Shown here: in pieces, positions 13,429 through 24,200 of the stretch
Layout: every line of letters starts with the position of its first letter
Numbering within the stretch: position 1 is the first letter of the stretch
DNA from: a virus
Length of the DNA: 46,022 nt
Reading direction: 5' to 3' (one strand)
Virus record (IMG/VR): IMGVR_UViG_3300045988_121014
Coordinates: 1-46,022 of that record
Position numbers and translations under genes: made by a program
The notes under the pieces: model-generated
The model's database searches: none
Seen by the model: only the letters and a program-made list of their open reading frames with translations
Told to the model about the DNA's origin: nothing

Positions 13429-14225
13429 ACCGTCACCCAGCTGTTGATCTCGCTGAGCAGTATCGCGCCGGAGCGGACCTGTCGGACGATGTAGGTCTTG
13501 CCGACGAGCCGTGCCGGAACTTTGCGCCCGGTCGTGTAGACGTCGCCCGCCTTGACGGTGTAGGTGTCGCCGACTTTGTAGGTTTTCTTCGGCGCGGGCG
13601 GCTTGACGCCGTACCCATAGTCAATGTCCACATTCCCGACGGCTTTCGGCATTTTGCACATACCGAACTGCCACAGCATAGCGTTCGAGAACGCGGGCGG
13701 AAGGTCGGTCGGCAGGACGGTATCGAAAGTCGCCTTGCCGTCCTTGCTTTTGTACGAGGCGATCCACAGCGCGTACTTCGACAGCCGGTCGGAGTTGAGC
13801 CGGTACAGCCAGTAGTCCGGGTTTGTATACACTCCGGCTTTATACCCGCGCTTCGTCATTTCGGTACAAAATGTCTCTATGATGTCCGTCCGGAGCTTCG
13901 GGCTATACGCCACCTTGTGTTTCCCGGCGTACCGCTCCGTGTCATATTCAAAGTCATAAAACACCGGCAGATTGAGCTGACGCCCGCGCAGTGTCTCCGC
14001 GCATGCCTCGGCTTCCCGCCGCGCGTCGGCGACGTCGAGCGCGTAGCAGAACCAGTACACGCCGACGAGCATACCGCAGTCTTTCGCCGCTTTGATGTGG
14101 GATTCGAATTTTGCGTCGATGACCGTGCCGTACCCGGCGCGGATGACGCAGAAATCCACACCCTGTGACTTTATCGCGGGGAAACTCCGGATCGTGTTGT
14201 GCCGGGAGATATCGATGCCTTTCAT
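13425..14225 (-). CDS. endolysin: GH25 muramidase plus C-terminal SH3-like binding domain
   Basis: MKGIDISRHN..DFCVIRAGYG..GVYWFCYA..FYDFEYD is a GH25 signature. C-terminal KVGDTYTVKAGDVYTTG... Confidence 0.85.
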   Translation of the reverse strand: MKGIDISRHNTIRSFPAIKSQGVDFCVIRAGYGTVIDAKFESHIKAAKDCGMLVGVYWFCYALDVADARREAEACAETLRGRQLNLPVFYDFEYDTERYAGKHKVAYSPKLRTDIIETFCTEMTKRGYKAGVYTNPDYWLYRLNSDRLSKYALWIASYKSKDGKATFDTVLPTDLPPAFSNAMLWQFGMCKMPKAVGNVDIDYGYGVKPPAPKKTYKVGDTYTVKAGDVYTTGRKVPARLVGKTYIVRQVRSGAILLSEINSWVTV

Positions 14226-14509
14226 TATACCTCATCTCCTATCAGTATTTTCCATGCTTTTTCATAGTCGGGTTCCTCTTCGGCTTCTATGGCGCGGCGG
14301 TTGTCGACGGTCTGCTGTACTTCCGTCCGCCACTTTTCGGGGACGTCCTCGATAGTGATTTCCCCTGCGTACAGTCGGTCGGCGAGCAGTCGCTTTTCCT
14401 CGATTTCCGCGAGGACGGCTTTGTAGTCGTCCTCGGTGATTTCCGTACCGCCGAACCCTGTGCCGACGGCGATGATCGTGTCGCCGTCATACTCTGCGTA
14501 GTACCTCAT
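14225..14509 (-). CDS. hypothetical acidic protein (94 aa)
   Basis: GGGGGTGA SD before ATG. Confidence 0.65.
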   Translation of the reverse strand: MRYYAEYDGDTIIAVGTGFGGTEITEDDYKAVLAEIEEKRLLADRLYAGEITIEDVPEKWRTEVQQTVDNRRAIEAEEEPDYEKAWKILIGDEV

Positions 14510-15087
14510 GATTTTTCACCCCCAACCGCGACCCAGAAATAGGTAGCGCCTCCGCTCAGGACATAAGTCCCGGCGCTGTCCGCGACGGTGATAGTGTCTG
14601 CGTTCGCTTCGGTCAGACAGCACTGAAAGCCTGACACGGTGATTGCTCCTTCGCGTAATCCTCCTGCGGGCGGGCGCAGTGGCGATGTCGCATACATTTT
14701 GTACTGGATGCTGTGGTCGCGCATTCCCCATGCGCCGATCAGGATGTTTCGCTTGCCGGAGAGGTTAAGATAACTCGTCCGCATACCGATAAAAAACGCT
14801 CTCGGCACTTCGCCGAGCCTGTGCGCGAGCGAGTAGTTGCTCCGGTCGGATGTCGTCGTGATTTCTCCGCAGGTGGCGTTAAGTCCCGCCGCGGCGGCGG
14901 CTTCGTAAGCACCCGTAATCAGCTTTCCATCCGCGCCGTGTGCCGTAAAGCCTTTGAGTAAGCTCTGCGCGGTGATGGTATCCGCCGTGAGATCGATAAG
15001 CGTTTCGCCGTTGAGGACGATTTTGTTATACTCTTTCATTGTTGGTTCCGGCACCGCTGTCGGTTCCGGCATTCTGACGATTCCCAT
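14506..15087 (-). CDS. tail fibre/receptor-binding-like protein, paralogous N-terminus to 15089..15676
   Basis: NKIVLNGETLIDLTADTITAQSLLKGFTAHGADGKLITG aligns with the N-terminus of the upstream gene. Confidence 0.6.
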   Translation of the reverse strand: MGIVRMPEPTAVPEPTMKEYNKIVLNGETLIDLTADTITAQSLLKGFTAHGADGKLITGAYEAAAAAGLNATCGEITTTSDRSNYSLAHRLGEVPRAFFIGMRTSYLNLSGKRNILIGAWGMRDHSIQYKMYATSPLRPPAGGLREGAITVSGFQCCLTEANADTITVADSAGTYVLSGGATYFWVAVGGEKS

Positions 15088-15088
15088 A

Positions 15089-15676
15089 TCAGCCGCCCAC
15101 CGTGACGGTGACCCCTCCGGCGGCGTTGTCGGTTTCGGTCACCGGGATTTTCGCCACAGTCACTTTCGCGAGGTAGTCATATCCGGCGTCCGGCAGTACT
15201 TCCTGCGCCACGAAGGTCGGAGTGACGTTTTTGTTCGCCTGAGCCTTGACGGCTTCGCCGCCGTAAGTACCCTCGACGCCGAGGATGGTGATACCTTTTT
15301 TAATGTTTCCCGCGACGATCGAAGCCTGAGCGGCGGAGGATATCCCGACCTTGCCCGAGCCGTCATGGAATCCAGCGGGGATTGCGAACTGCTCTGTTTT
15401 TGTGGTGATATTGCCGGTCACAGCGCCTTTATTCGGCATGACTCCGACGATTTTGTTCCCCGCGACGTAGGCGGTTTTCCCGTCGAGGATTTCCGCCGCC
15501 GCGGCGGTCGCGTCTCCGGTGTCGGCGTCGTAGGTGTTTGTTCCGACGATAGGCGCGCCGGACTTGTCGTGCGCTTTGTAGCCCTTCGCGAGCTTGTCCG
15601 CGACTACGGTGTCGCCGGTAAGGTCGAGTTTTGTCTCGCCTCCGACGACGACCTTGTTGACATATTGATTTGCCAT
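15089..15676 (-). CDS. tail fibre/virion protein
   Basis: NKVVVGGETKLDLTGDTVVADKLAKGYKAHDKSGAPIVG. Located in the tail module. Confidence 0.6.
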   Translation of the reverse strand: MANQYVNKVVVGGETKLDLTGDTVVADKLAKGYKAHDKSGAPIVGTNTYDADTGDATAAAAEILDGKTAYVAGNKIVGVMPNKGAVTGNITTKTEQFAIPAGFHDGSGKVGISSAAQASIVAGNIKKGITILGVEGTYGGEAVKAQANKNVTPTFVAQEVLPDAGYDYLAKVTVAKIPVTETDNAAGGVTVTVGG

Positions 15677-16072
15677 TTATAGCTCCTCTCCGATTATGAG
15701 CGTGTTTCCGCCCGCGCCGTTGCCGACCTCGAGCTGACGCATTTTTTTGACGGTTATATCGTCCCTCATGTTTTTGCCTTTCGTCGGCAGGATGACCGGC
15801 GCTTTGATCAGCGGGTCGACGACGTAAGCGCCGTCATATGGCGGCAGCTCCGAGACTTCGACGAGTTGTAAGCCCTCGATTCCCGCGTCAAACTCCGCGC
15901 TCTGGTCTTCCATTCGTAGATCAAATTCGGCGCATTTCGCTTCAAGTGTCGCCGTGAAATCTCCGTCGGCGGAAAATTCCACCGCGCCGAAGTCGGTGCT
16001 CGTGGCGCCGAACTCAACATCGAGTTCAACGCCCGAGCCGAATTCTACCAGGAATTCACACGCTTTGGTCAC
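15677..16072 (-). CDS. acidic virion-associated protein with xEF(G/D) quasi-repeats
   Basis: Contiguous with the fibre genes. Repeats VEFG/VEFS/AEFD. Confidence 0.55.
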   Translation of the reverse strand: MTKACEFLVEFGSGVELDVEFGATSTDFGAVEFSADGDFTATLEAKCAEFDLRMEDQSAEFDAGIEGLQLVEVSELPPYDGAYVVDPLIKAPVILPTKGKNMRDDITVKKMRQLEVGNGAGGNTLIIGEEL

Positions 16073-16377
16073 TCTATCACCCCATCCCGGAGAATCTTCG
16101 AAACGTCGGCGGTGATGATTTTCGACGCGATAGCGTTGCCCGCAGCGTCGATAGCGCGTATCTGGATGTCCACAGACTGTGGACGAAATAGCAGTGTGTC
16201 GTCCTGTGACAGCTCGACGATCAGCTGATTCCCTTCCGCCGTGATTTCAGCGCCGTGCTTTGTCAGCACCTCGCGATAGGACTGCGCGAAAGTGATATAT
16301 ACACTCGACAGCTGTTTCGCCTCGAACGGCAAGGTGAATTTTAGTGTCGGGGTAGTGCCCCGTGGAAACGCAGCCAT
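16069..16377 (-). CDS. hypothetical tail-module protein (102 aa)
   Basis: Start/stop overlaps with both neighbouring genes. Confidence 0.6.
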   Translation of the reverse strand: MAAFPRGTTPTLKFTLPFEAKQLSSVYITFAQSYREVLTKHGAEITAEGNQLIVELSQDDTLLFRPQSVDIQIRAIDAAGNAIASKIITADVSKILRDGVIE

Positions 16378-16685
16378 TATTCTCTCACCTCCGTCGGCAG
16401 TGCCATCACTTCGTTGTAAAGCCCGGTCGCGACGTCGTTTCCGTGCAGTTCGTAGTATGCGTGATAGGCTCGCTTTAAAGCCTCCTTCGCGTAGATCGGG
16501 CAGTAGTTCTTATCCAGCACGTACTTGTCATGATTCCGGATGATCTCAGCGCGGAGCAGGCACTGTACCCCCTCCTGCATCGCGTCGTTCCGCCGTCTCA
16601 GTGTCTTGACATAGGCAATCAGCCCGGTGATCACGCCGCCACAGACGAAAGGTATCGCCCATGATATGATTTTTTCGACTATCAT
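16377..16685 (-). CDS. N-terminally membrane-anchored protein (102 aa)
   Basis: IISWAIPFVCGGVITGLIAYV TM followed by a soluble domain. Confidence 0.6.
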   Translation of the reverse strand: MIVEKIISWAIPFVCGGVITGLIAYVKTLRRRNDAMQEGVQCLLRAEIIRNHDKYVLDKNYCPIYAKEALKRAYHAYYELHGNDVATGLYNEVMALPTEVRE

Positions 16686-17122
16686 TCAGTCACCTCCTGC
16701 CACAGTGCGGCAGTTCCGACGGCTCCGGGCTCCCAGACGTTGTTGTCGATAAGCGACACCCATGTCTTGCCGTTATGCTTTACTTTGTCGCCCTTCATGT
16801 AGGGGTTCGTCGAGTCGGGCTGTTCCCACTCCGGCACGACGGTCGGGTCAGGAATCAGCACCTTCGCGAAAAGCGACGGCGCGGCGGTCGGCTTCCATCC
16901 CGCCTGCGAGGTGTGGTTTTGGAGCACGGTGTAAAGCGCCCCGTCATCCTGGACCCGCTGCCCCTTGACATACGCGACGCCGTTTCCGCTCCATTTCGGG
17001 TGCAGGCAGGTCGCGGCGACCGCCTCCGCGTCAGTCAGCCCCGGCGCGACGGTCATCGCCTTTTCGAGGATTGCGCGGAGTTCCCGTGCCTTTGCGATAA
17101 GTTTTTCGTCCATATCATTCAA
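16682..17122 (-). CDS. protein with two CBM5/12-like carbohydrate-binding repeats
   Basis: W..G.AYVKGQRV..DGALYTVLQNHTSQAGWKP and YMKGDKVKHNGKTWVSLIDNNVWEPG match the chitin-binding-type motif. Confidence 0.65.
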   Translation of the reverse strand: MNDMDEKLIAKARELRAILEKAMTVAPGLTDAEAVAATCLHPKWSGNGVAYVKGQRVQDDGALYTVLQNHTSQAGWKPTAAPSLFAKVLIPDPTVVPEWEQPDSTNPYMKGDKVKHNGKTWVSLIDNNVWEPGAVGTAALWQEVTE

Positions 17123-17477
17123 CTCCTAAAATGGTTTTGTTGACGGCTTCGATCGTCGCGAGCTGCTCCTCGAGGCTCGCGACCTTTGCGGACAGCGTAG
17201 TCAGGTCCCCAGACGGCTTCGGCTTCGGCTTCTCCCCGTCTGCCGGATAAAATGTCCCGGTCGCGTCGTCATACAGCCAGCCCTCCGGCGGTGTGGGCTT
17301 GATGAAGCGGGCGTCGCCTTCCTGTGTGCTGTCATAGCCCCAGCCCTCGAAGACATTATCCGGAGCCTCGACGAAGAGGACATCCGGAGGGTATTTGCCC
17401 TCCGTGTCGGCGAGCGTCGGGTGCACCGGCGTCGCGTCGTAGTAGCAGAAATTGTCGACTATCTGAAATACTTTCAT
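17115..17477 (-). CDS. hypothetical protein in the tail-fibre chaperone position (120 aa)
   Basis: GGAGG SD before MKVFQIV. The track ORF N-terminus (to 17606) is an Arg-rich artefact of the GGN repeats. Confidence 0.55.
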   Translation of the reverse strand: MKVFQIVDNFCYYDATPVHPTLADTEGKYPPDVLFVEAPDNVFEGWGYDSTQEGDARFIKPTPPEGWLYDDATGTFYPADGEKPKPKPSGDLTTLSAKVASLEEQLATIEAVNKTILGVE

Positions 17478-17479
17478 AA

Positions 17480-18739
17480 TCATGCCTCCATGATGTTGTA
17501 TGTGATCACGGCAATGCCGTCTCCGCCCTTGCCGCCGGTGCCACTGTCGCTGCCTGCGCTGCCGCCTCCGCCTCCACCAGCAGCTGTGCCGCCATCGCCA
17601 CCCCAATACGGCGAGGGGGTGTTATTCCCGCCGCGACCGCCGTTGCCATCGGCTCCGTAGCCGCCTCCACCGCCGCCGCCGCCGAAGTTGGGTTTCCCGC
17701 CGTCTCCGCCTTTGCCGCCATATCCGCCGCCAGCGCCGCCGCCACCGGATCCAGCGCCACCAGCACCCGTTCCTCCTGCGGCGGCTGTGCCATTCCCGCC
17801 GTTGCCAGCGGCAGAAGAGTTTGATAGTCCTCTTCCACCGCTCCCACCATAGCTGCCAGAACCGCCGGTGCCGCCAGACACTGTTCCGCTAGTGCTTTGG
17901 GCTCCGGCTCCACCACCACCGGTGCCGCCAGAGCCGCCATCGCCAGCATAATTGGTGCTGCTAGAAGCACGCCCCGCCGTGCCGCCACTGCCGCCATTGG
18001 CGGAAGCGAGCGTGCCAAAAGACGTAGCTCCACCATTACCTCCGGCAGTGCCGCTGTTATATCCAGCGGAGCCGCCATTTCCTCCGGTACCTATGGTGAT
18101 TGGATACACCTGTCCTGGAGTGACTGTCAACACTTTAGACACCATGTGTCCGCCGCCTCCGCCTCCACCGGCGGTGCCGCCGTTGCCGCCTCCACCGCCT
18201 CCACCGCCGAATAGCAGGATGTGAATGGAGGTGACGCCCTGTGGGCACTCCCATGAGCCGGACTGTGTAAATATTTTAGTCACCTGTTTCGCCGTCATAT
18301 TGAGGATTACATAACCGTCGAGCGTAGATGAATACACCAGTATCATCCACACGCCAGCTTTTATGCCGCCTTTTACTTCTTGCCCGGATGCTGTGTAAAT
18401 GGTCTTCGCCCCCGTCCCATTGACATTAAGAGTTGCACCACCCGCGAGGTTATATGTGGACTTAATCCGCACCTCCGCCCCGTCCACCAGCGCAAAACCC
18501 TCCTGCGCGAGAGTCAGCGCGGAAGTCGTTCCGCCCGCTGTTCCTGATGCTGCAAGAATTTCGTCGAGGAGCTGTTTGTTAATTGCCGTGCCTTCGTTCA
18601 CGACGGTGTTTTTTAGTTCCAGCGCGACGTTTTCCGCGACTTTCGTCCCGTCCGGGCGCTTTATGTCATATCGCGGTATGACCGTCGCGTCGGTCGACAC
18701 TGCTTTCGCGAGCACTTCATCTTGTCTTTTTATCGCCAT
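17480..18739 (-). CDS. tail fibre with a long glycine-rich C-terminal domain
   Basis: About 230 residues of GGxGG-type repeats after a globular N-terminal half. Confidence 0.7.
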   Translation of the reverse strand: MAIKRQDEVLAKAVSTDATVIPRYDIKRPDGTKVAENVALELKNTVVNEGTAINKQLLDEILAASGTAGGTTSALTLAQEGFALVDGAEVRIKSTYNLAGGATLNVNGTGAKTIYTASGQEVKGGIKAGVWMILVYSSTLDGYVILNMTAKQVTKIFTQSGSWECPQGVTSIHILLFGGGGGGGGNGGTAGGGGGGGHMVSKVLTVTPGQVYPITIGTGGNGGSAGYNSGTAGGNGGATSFGTLASANGGSGGTAGRASSSTNYAGDGGSGGTGGGGAGAQSTSGTVSGGTGGSGSYGGSGGRGLSNSSAAGNGGNGTAAAGGTGAGGAGSGGGGAGGGYGGKGGDGGKPNFGGGGGGGGYGADGNGGRGGNNTPSPYWGGDGGTAAGGGGGGSAGSDSGTGGKGGDGIAVITYNIMEA

Positions 18740-18740
18740 T

Positions 18741-19283
18741 TCATATGCTCCTTATCATCTGTCTTGTATAGCTGCCACCGGCAGTAAACGTTCCGGCTCG
18801 TCGGTATATGGATTTCATTCCATCGAGTAGCAAGTCAATATCCGCGAGCACCTTCTCAATGTTGTTCGCGCCGACGTAGCCGAGCTTGTCCTCCGGCTTC
18901 GGTAGCTGTCCGGTTTCCGTGAGCGTGTAGTAAGCGTCGCGCAGTCTCTGTACGTTGTCAAGATAAGTCGTCCATTGCGCCCACCGAACAATATCGCCTT
19001 CCTGCCACTCGCGGTCTTCCGCTTTGCTCCCCTTAAGCACCGGCGTCACCTTAACCGGATACCCCGCCGACGTCAGCGCGGCGGCGAGGGTTTTTACCGC
19101 GGATTCGACGCGGTTGAGGGTGTTGTAGGTGAGCGTTCCGCGCTCTAACTGTGCCCTTTCGGTGTCTGTCAGCCCCGACCAGTTGCCGAGGGTCTGGTAG
19201 GATTTCCGTATCGCGGCGGAGGCGGTTTCGTCGCTTTCCGTGCGGTCATAGATTAAATTGAGGTTCGCTGTATCAAGGCTCAT
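18741..19283 (-). CDS. tail/baseplate-associated hypothetical protein (180 aa)
   Basis: GGAGGTGA SD. Position between the tail-tip protein and the fibre. Confidence 0.6.
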   Translation of the reverse strand: MSLDTANLNLIYDRTESDETASAAIRKSYQTLGNWSGLTDTERAQLERGTLTYNTLNRVESAVKTLAAALTSAGYPVKVTPVLKGSKAEDREWQEGDIVRWAQWTTYLDNVQRLRDAYYTLTETGQLPKPEDKLGYVGANNIEKVLADIDLLLDGMKSIYRRAGTFTAGGSYTRQMIRSI

Positions 19284-20887
19284 TTGATGGTCACCTCCGC
19301 GACTTGTGCGGTTCCGGAGACGGTGTGTTTCATGCTGACGATGCGTCCGGTCACGTCATCCATGTAATCGTATTCCTGCGTCACTTTGTCGCCGACTTTG
19401 AGATTGCCGGTGAGTATCTTTTCAGATATTTCGCGGCGGGCGGAGTAGTAGTTATACGCCGCTGTGGCGAGTTCGTCGGCGTTTGTCCGGTTCACGAGGG
19501 TGAAGTCTTTGAGCTCGACTACGTTCTCTTTGTCCCCGGCGAGGATGAGCGGATTCCGCTTCGTGATGATGGTTTGGGTTTTGTCGTATTTCTTGCCGGT
19601 CAGGACGCAGTTCGCGTCCGCGTTGATGACGGCTTGGTTGACAGTCTGGGAGACTATCTTGCCGTTCGTGATGGACAGGGAGTGGAGCGGCTCGGGGAAG
19701 GCTACGGTGATGCCGCTTCCGGTTCCGCTGTCCGCCGCTTTATATGCGGTGTAGTCGGTTGTCCCGGCGACGTAGGAGTACGCGGTGAGCCGCAGTTCGG
19801 TGAGCTTGTCGCGGAATGTGGTCGTCTGCCCGGTGAAGGTGTTCGAGGCGTTCAGCGTGCCCGCGACGGTGTCGGACAGCTTGTACAGCTTCACTTTGTC
19901 GGAGTAGCTGGTGTCTACAACCGCGCCGAGGGCGAAGGCGATCTGATTGAGAGCTTCGCGGCAGGAGGATATCGCGAGGTATCCGGTGAGTGTCGCGTTT
20001 TGCAGACTGCCCGCGATTTCGTATTCAACCTTGAGCGGCGAGAGCATTTCGCCGATGAGGGCTGCCGCGTTCTTCGCAGAGTAGATACCGCCGCCGAACG
20101 GGGAGTCGTCGAGAATAGAGACATAGTCTTCCGACTCGATATCGTATGTCCTGTCGGAATTCCGCTCGTAGTGCGTGATGAACGTGGTCTGCACGAGTGT
20201 GTCGTCGAAGTAGGTATATAACGGCTGCTTTTCCTGGAAGATGAAGTCGACGTCGCTCTGCTTTTTGAGAGTGAAGCCCACGGTGTTGATCGAGACAGTT
20301 TCGGATACCGGCTCGATTTCCTGGAGCAGGGAGAAATTTTCGATTTCGTCTTTCCCGAAGTTGCGGACGGTTCCGTAGAGGATGTCCGTGAGATACAGCC
20401 GGTTCCTCGGCATATTCATCTTCGAGAAGGAGATTATCAGCTTGTTGTAGTTTTCGATTTTGTTCGCGCAGAAGAAATTCGGCTTGTCCGGCGTGAAGTT
20501 CTTGTCCGACAGAAGGGTGCTTCCGCGATACCATTTAATGTTGACCGCCGTCGCGTACCGGTTGGAGGTCTCATCAAAAACGAGCGTGATGCCTTGCGAG
20601 GTGTACTGCCCGGTCGCAGTGAGCGTGAGGACGAGCGGAGTTTCGAAGCTGCCGTCGGTCGCGCTCGACAGGCTGTCCGACACGAGGGCGTATTTCGGAT
20701 CGTCCGGCGGAACCGTGAGAGAGCCATCGAGCAGGACGGAGTATATCTCGCACGGATTCGCGTACATCGGGGTCTGCTGCCCTTGCAGTAGTGCCGGAGT
20801 CGAGTTGCTGGTCTGCCCGGTCGCCGATGGGGCGAAGTTTTCTTTCGCCCCGACAGCGACATCGGCGTAGGATACCCGGAGTTTCAT
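19280..20887 (-). CDS. tail-tip/minor structural protein (Tal position, 535 aa)
   Basis: AAGGAG SD before MKLRVSY. Size and position downstream of the tape measure and Dit-position gene. Confidence 0.6.
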   Translation of the reverse strand: MKLRVSYADVAVGAKENFAPSATGQTSNSTPALLQGQQTPMYANPCEIYSVLLDGSLTVPPDDPKYALVSDSLSSATDGSFETPLVLTLTATGQYTSQGITLVFDETSNRYATAVNIKWYRGSTLLSDKNFTPDKPNFFCANKIENYNKLIISFSKMNMPRNRLYLTDILYGTVRNFGKDEIENFSLLQEIEPVSETVSINTVGFTLKKQSDVDFIFQEKQPLYTYFDDTLVQTTFITHYERNSDRTYDIESEDYVSILDDSPFGGGIYSAKNAAALIGEMLSPLKVEYEIAGSLQNATLTGYLAISSCREALNQIAFALGAVVDTSYSDKVKLYKLSDTVAGTLNASNTFTGQTTTFRDKLTELRLTAYSYVAGTTDYTAYKAADSGTGSGITVAFPEPLHSLSITNGKIVSQTVNQAVINADANCVLTGKKYDKTQTIITKRNPLILAGDKENVVELKDFTLVNRTNADELATAAYNYYSARREISEKILTGNLKVGDKVTQEYDYMDDVTGRIVSMKHTVSGTAQVAEVTIK

Positions 20888-21267
20888 GCTGCGCTCCTTT
20901 GCGGCTCCATCGCGATAAAGTCGAAGGAGAGGTTGCCCCAATACCGGTTCGTCTCGGAGTACTGCCGGAGGAGATCGTCGCTGCCGCGCGAGACATACGC
21001 CTTGAATGAGAGCGTTTCGTTGCCGAACGGGACGACTATATCGTGACTTGCAACCGGCGCGGAAATCGTTTTGTAGAGAGCGTTGTACTCCGTCTGGGAC
21101 ATACGGTCGGTGTTGATCGTGATGGAGTAGTTGTAGTAGGTTCCAATGAGGTCGCGGTGCATGACACCATCGAGTGTGCGCCCGGCGTTATCGCCGTCGA
21201 CAACTTCAAAATTTCGCGTCAGCGCGGTAACGATACCGCCGTATTCGGTTCCGTCAACTTTGAACAT
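20884..21267 (-). CDS. small tail component (Dit position, 127 aa)
   Basis: Immediately downstream of the tape measure with overlapping start/stop. Confidence 0.5.
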   Translation of the reverse strand: MFKVDGTEYGGIVTALTRNFEVVDGDNAGRTLDGVMHRDLIGTYYNYSITINTDRMSQTEYNALYKTISAPVASHDIVVPFGNETLSFKAYVSRGSDDLLRQYSETNRYWGNLSFDFIAMEPQRSAA

Positions 21268-24200
21268 TACCGCGTCCCTCCGTTCGTGAATGTGATTTTG
21301 GTGTTCGCGCCGGAGCGCCTCTTTTCGGAGTCTATGGCGTCTCCGAAGACGCGTCCGACGACTTGCTTGTCGAGGACGAGTTCTATCTTTCCGCCGCGCC
21401 CTGAGCCGCGCTGTGCGGCTGTCATCGCGCGATAGACGGCATTCTCGATGCCTTCGATGATCTGCGCGTTATTCGCGACGGCAGTCCGCCCGTTCGCAAA
21501 GCGTCCGACGAGCTCGCCGGAGTTGGCGTAGAACATTCCGTCCTCGGGGAATCCGCCGGTCGCGAAGGCGGGGATCATGCGCGGCGTTTTGCCAATAAGG
21601 GATTGAGCCGCGCCGCCGCTGCTGAAAGACACGGACGAGAGCACCTGATTCAGCTGTCTGATAAAGGTGCGCGCCGACGCGAGCAGGCTGTTCGCGAAGG
21701 CTGAGAAGTCCACGCGGATAGACGTCCAGACGTTCCCGAAGGCGTCCTTGACGTTGGGGAGTCCGAGCGTGACGCCGTTCGCGAATCCAATGTCAACGTT
21801 GATGCCGTAGCCTTCAAAGACGGTCGACGGTGAGTGGATGCCGAGGCTGTCGGTGAACTGAACCATAGCTTTGTTCGCCATGCCGATCATACCTTTGGCG
21901 ACGTAATCGGCGTTGTAGTCAACTCCGGCGACGAAGCCCTTCGCGACGTTTTCACCCGCCGACTTGCCCTTCTGCCCCAGTTCATTCCCGACTTTATCCA
22001 TCATGCCATAGAGCGGCTTGTAAATGCCGGTCTTCGTAACGTCATTGATGCCGTTCTTGATGGTTTCCGTCGTGTTGTTGACGATTGATTGTGAATTCTG
22101 GTTGGCGATCGTAGAGCTGGAATAGAATTGACGGTTCAGATTATCAAGTTCGGTTGAGGTAGTCTTGACGTTCTGCTTGGCGACACTGGTGATTTCGTTC
22201 AGCTGCGCGGCGAGTTTCGGGTCGCCGAAGGTTGATATGACTTTGAAGGTGTTTTCGTCAATGCCGAACTGCGCTTTGAAGTCGAACGAGCCGAGGTCAA
22301 CCGCCTTGTCGATAGTGTCTTTGAGGCTGTTTGTGACGTTCTTGATACTGTGCCCGAGCGCTTCGGATACCGTTTCGAACGCTTTTCGGCATTCATCGGG
22401 GAATACCACGGCGCCGATGGTCGCGCCTATAATGATCGATAGCGCGCCTGCGAAAAGCCCTGCCGTTCCTGCTGCCGCGCCGGCTCCGACCATTTTTGCA
22501 ACTTTCACGCCGGCAAGAGTCGCCGCCGCAGTGTTGAGCAGTGAACCTATACCGAGTTTTATTGCCCCGGCAAGGTCATCCGCGCCGGTGTCGTTTCCGA
22601 GTTCAAATATTCCGACTGCCGACATTGTGAGACCGGCAAGCCCGATTGTGAGCGGGAGCCCGAATGCCTGAAAACCTTCCGCTCCGAGGAAAAATCGGGA
22701 TATGGTAGCACCGCCGAGCAGTGCCACAATGCCAGTCTTCGCGGCTCCGAGAAGTGTCTGAGCGCCGGTGACGTTCGGTGTACTCCCGATTGCCGCCGTT
22801 GTTATTGACAGGGCGGCTATGCTGAGCAGGAGCATCGGGACACTGCCTAAAAATCCGTCGCCGCTGCTGAGCGAGAGCAAGCTCAGCGCCTTAAGCCCGA
22901 GTAACGCTGCTATTCCTCCACTGACTGCGCCCATAAGCGTATCCTTACCGCTCGTGCTTCTGAGCTGCGAAGCTCCGAAGTCAAGGTCTATTCCGGTAAT
23001 TTTGAATACTGCGAATTTGAAGAAATCCCATATTTTCTGAGGGATTTTCCACAGTCCGAGCTTATCGGCAATTTCTTTCGCGGCGTCTTTTATTTTGCTG
23101 AAATAATCCCAGATGTCTTTCGCCCAGCTTTGTATTCCTTCGCCCTTTGTCAGCCAGTTCTCGATCTGCTCCGCGATCTTATCGGTCGTCTCGCCGAGGT
23201 TCTTTGAGAACATATCGTCCTCGAGTTTCGCGAGTCGGTTCAGCTCCGCTTCGAGCTTTGCGAGGTCGGCGGCGCTCGTGCCGCTTCCGGACGCGCCGGT
23301 GTTCTGTGAGCCGAGAATGTTCAGCTCGTCGAACGAGAGCTGATAGAGCTTTTTCATGCTCTTAGCGGCGTCATCGGCGGAGTCGGCGACGCCTTCGTTG
23401 CCTTTGATTACAGAATCGGCGTAGTCGAATTTCGGCAGTTCAAATCCCGCGAGGGCTGCGAACGCCGAGACGATGCGCTGTCCGACTTTGACGAACGCGA
23501 TCATGTACGGGAGCGTCTTCTGCACGAGCGGCAGGAAGAGGTCACCGATAGCGCGTCCGAGAAGCGTCAGCTGCGCTTTGAGGATTCTGAACTGGTTCGC
23601 GGGCTGCTCGAGCGTTCTCGCCATGTCGCCCATGGCGGAGTTTGACTGTCTCAGCAGTGAGATCGTCCGGAGCATTGCCTTTTCGGACTGGTTCATTGCG
23701 TCGACGTTCGCGGTGATGCCGAGTTCGGTCGCGAGGAGTTTGAGGTTCGCGACGGACAGGTCCTTACCGAGCGCGCGGATTGGCTCAATCTCGCCGACCA
23801 GAGCCGACCGGACCTTGTTCAGTGACTCGTCAACTTTGAGATTGTAGAGCGATGATATATCGTAAGTAAGCTGCGTCAGCGCTTTCGACATGGTATACGC
23901 CGTGCCGCTCGCCGTGCCGAAAGATTTCGAAACGTCCATGAAGGTAGCTTGCATCTTCATGAATTCGGCGGGGTCGACGCCGTAGCTGTCGCCGACGAGG
24001 TTAGCATAGTCCTGTGCCTTTTCGGCGTAGCTGCCCATTGAGACGTAGAACAGGTTCAGGGCTTCGATGTACTCGTTGGCGGATTCAAGAGAATCCGTAG
24101 CTTTCAGCCAGACTTTTTTGATTGTGGCAATCGAAAATAGCTGTTTTGCAAAGTTCGTCAGCCCAGATGAGCTCTTTTTACTGCCCTTTGATATGGTCTC

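Noticed and set aside
17506-18224. Overlapping ORFs (190 aa minus, 105 aa and 90 aa plus) inside the glycine-rich fibre gene
   Set aside because: These are alternative readings of (GGN)n repeats, giving Ala/Pro/Arg-rich strings. Only the Gly-rich frame is continuous with a proper N-terminal domain and SD.
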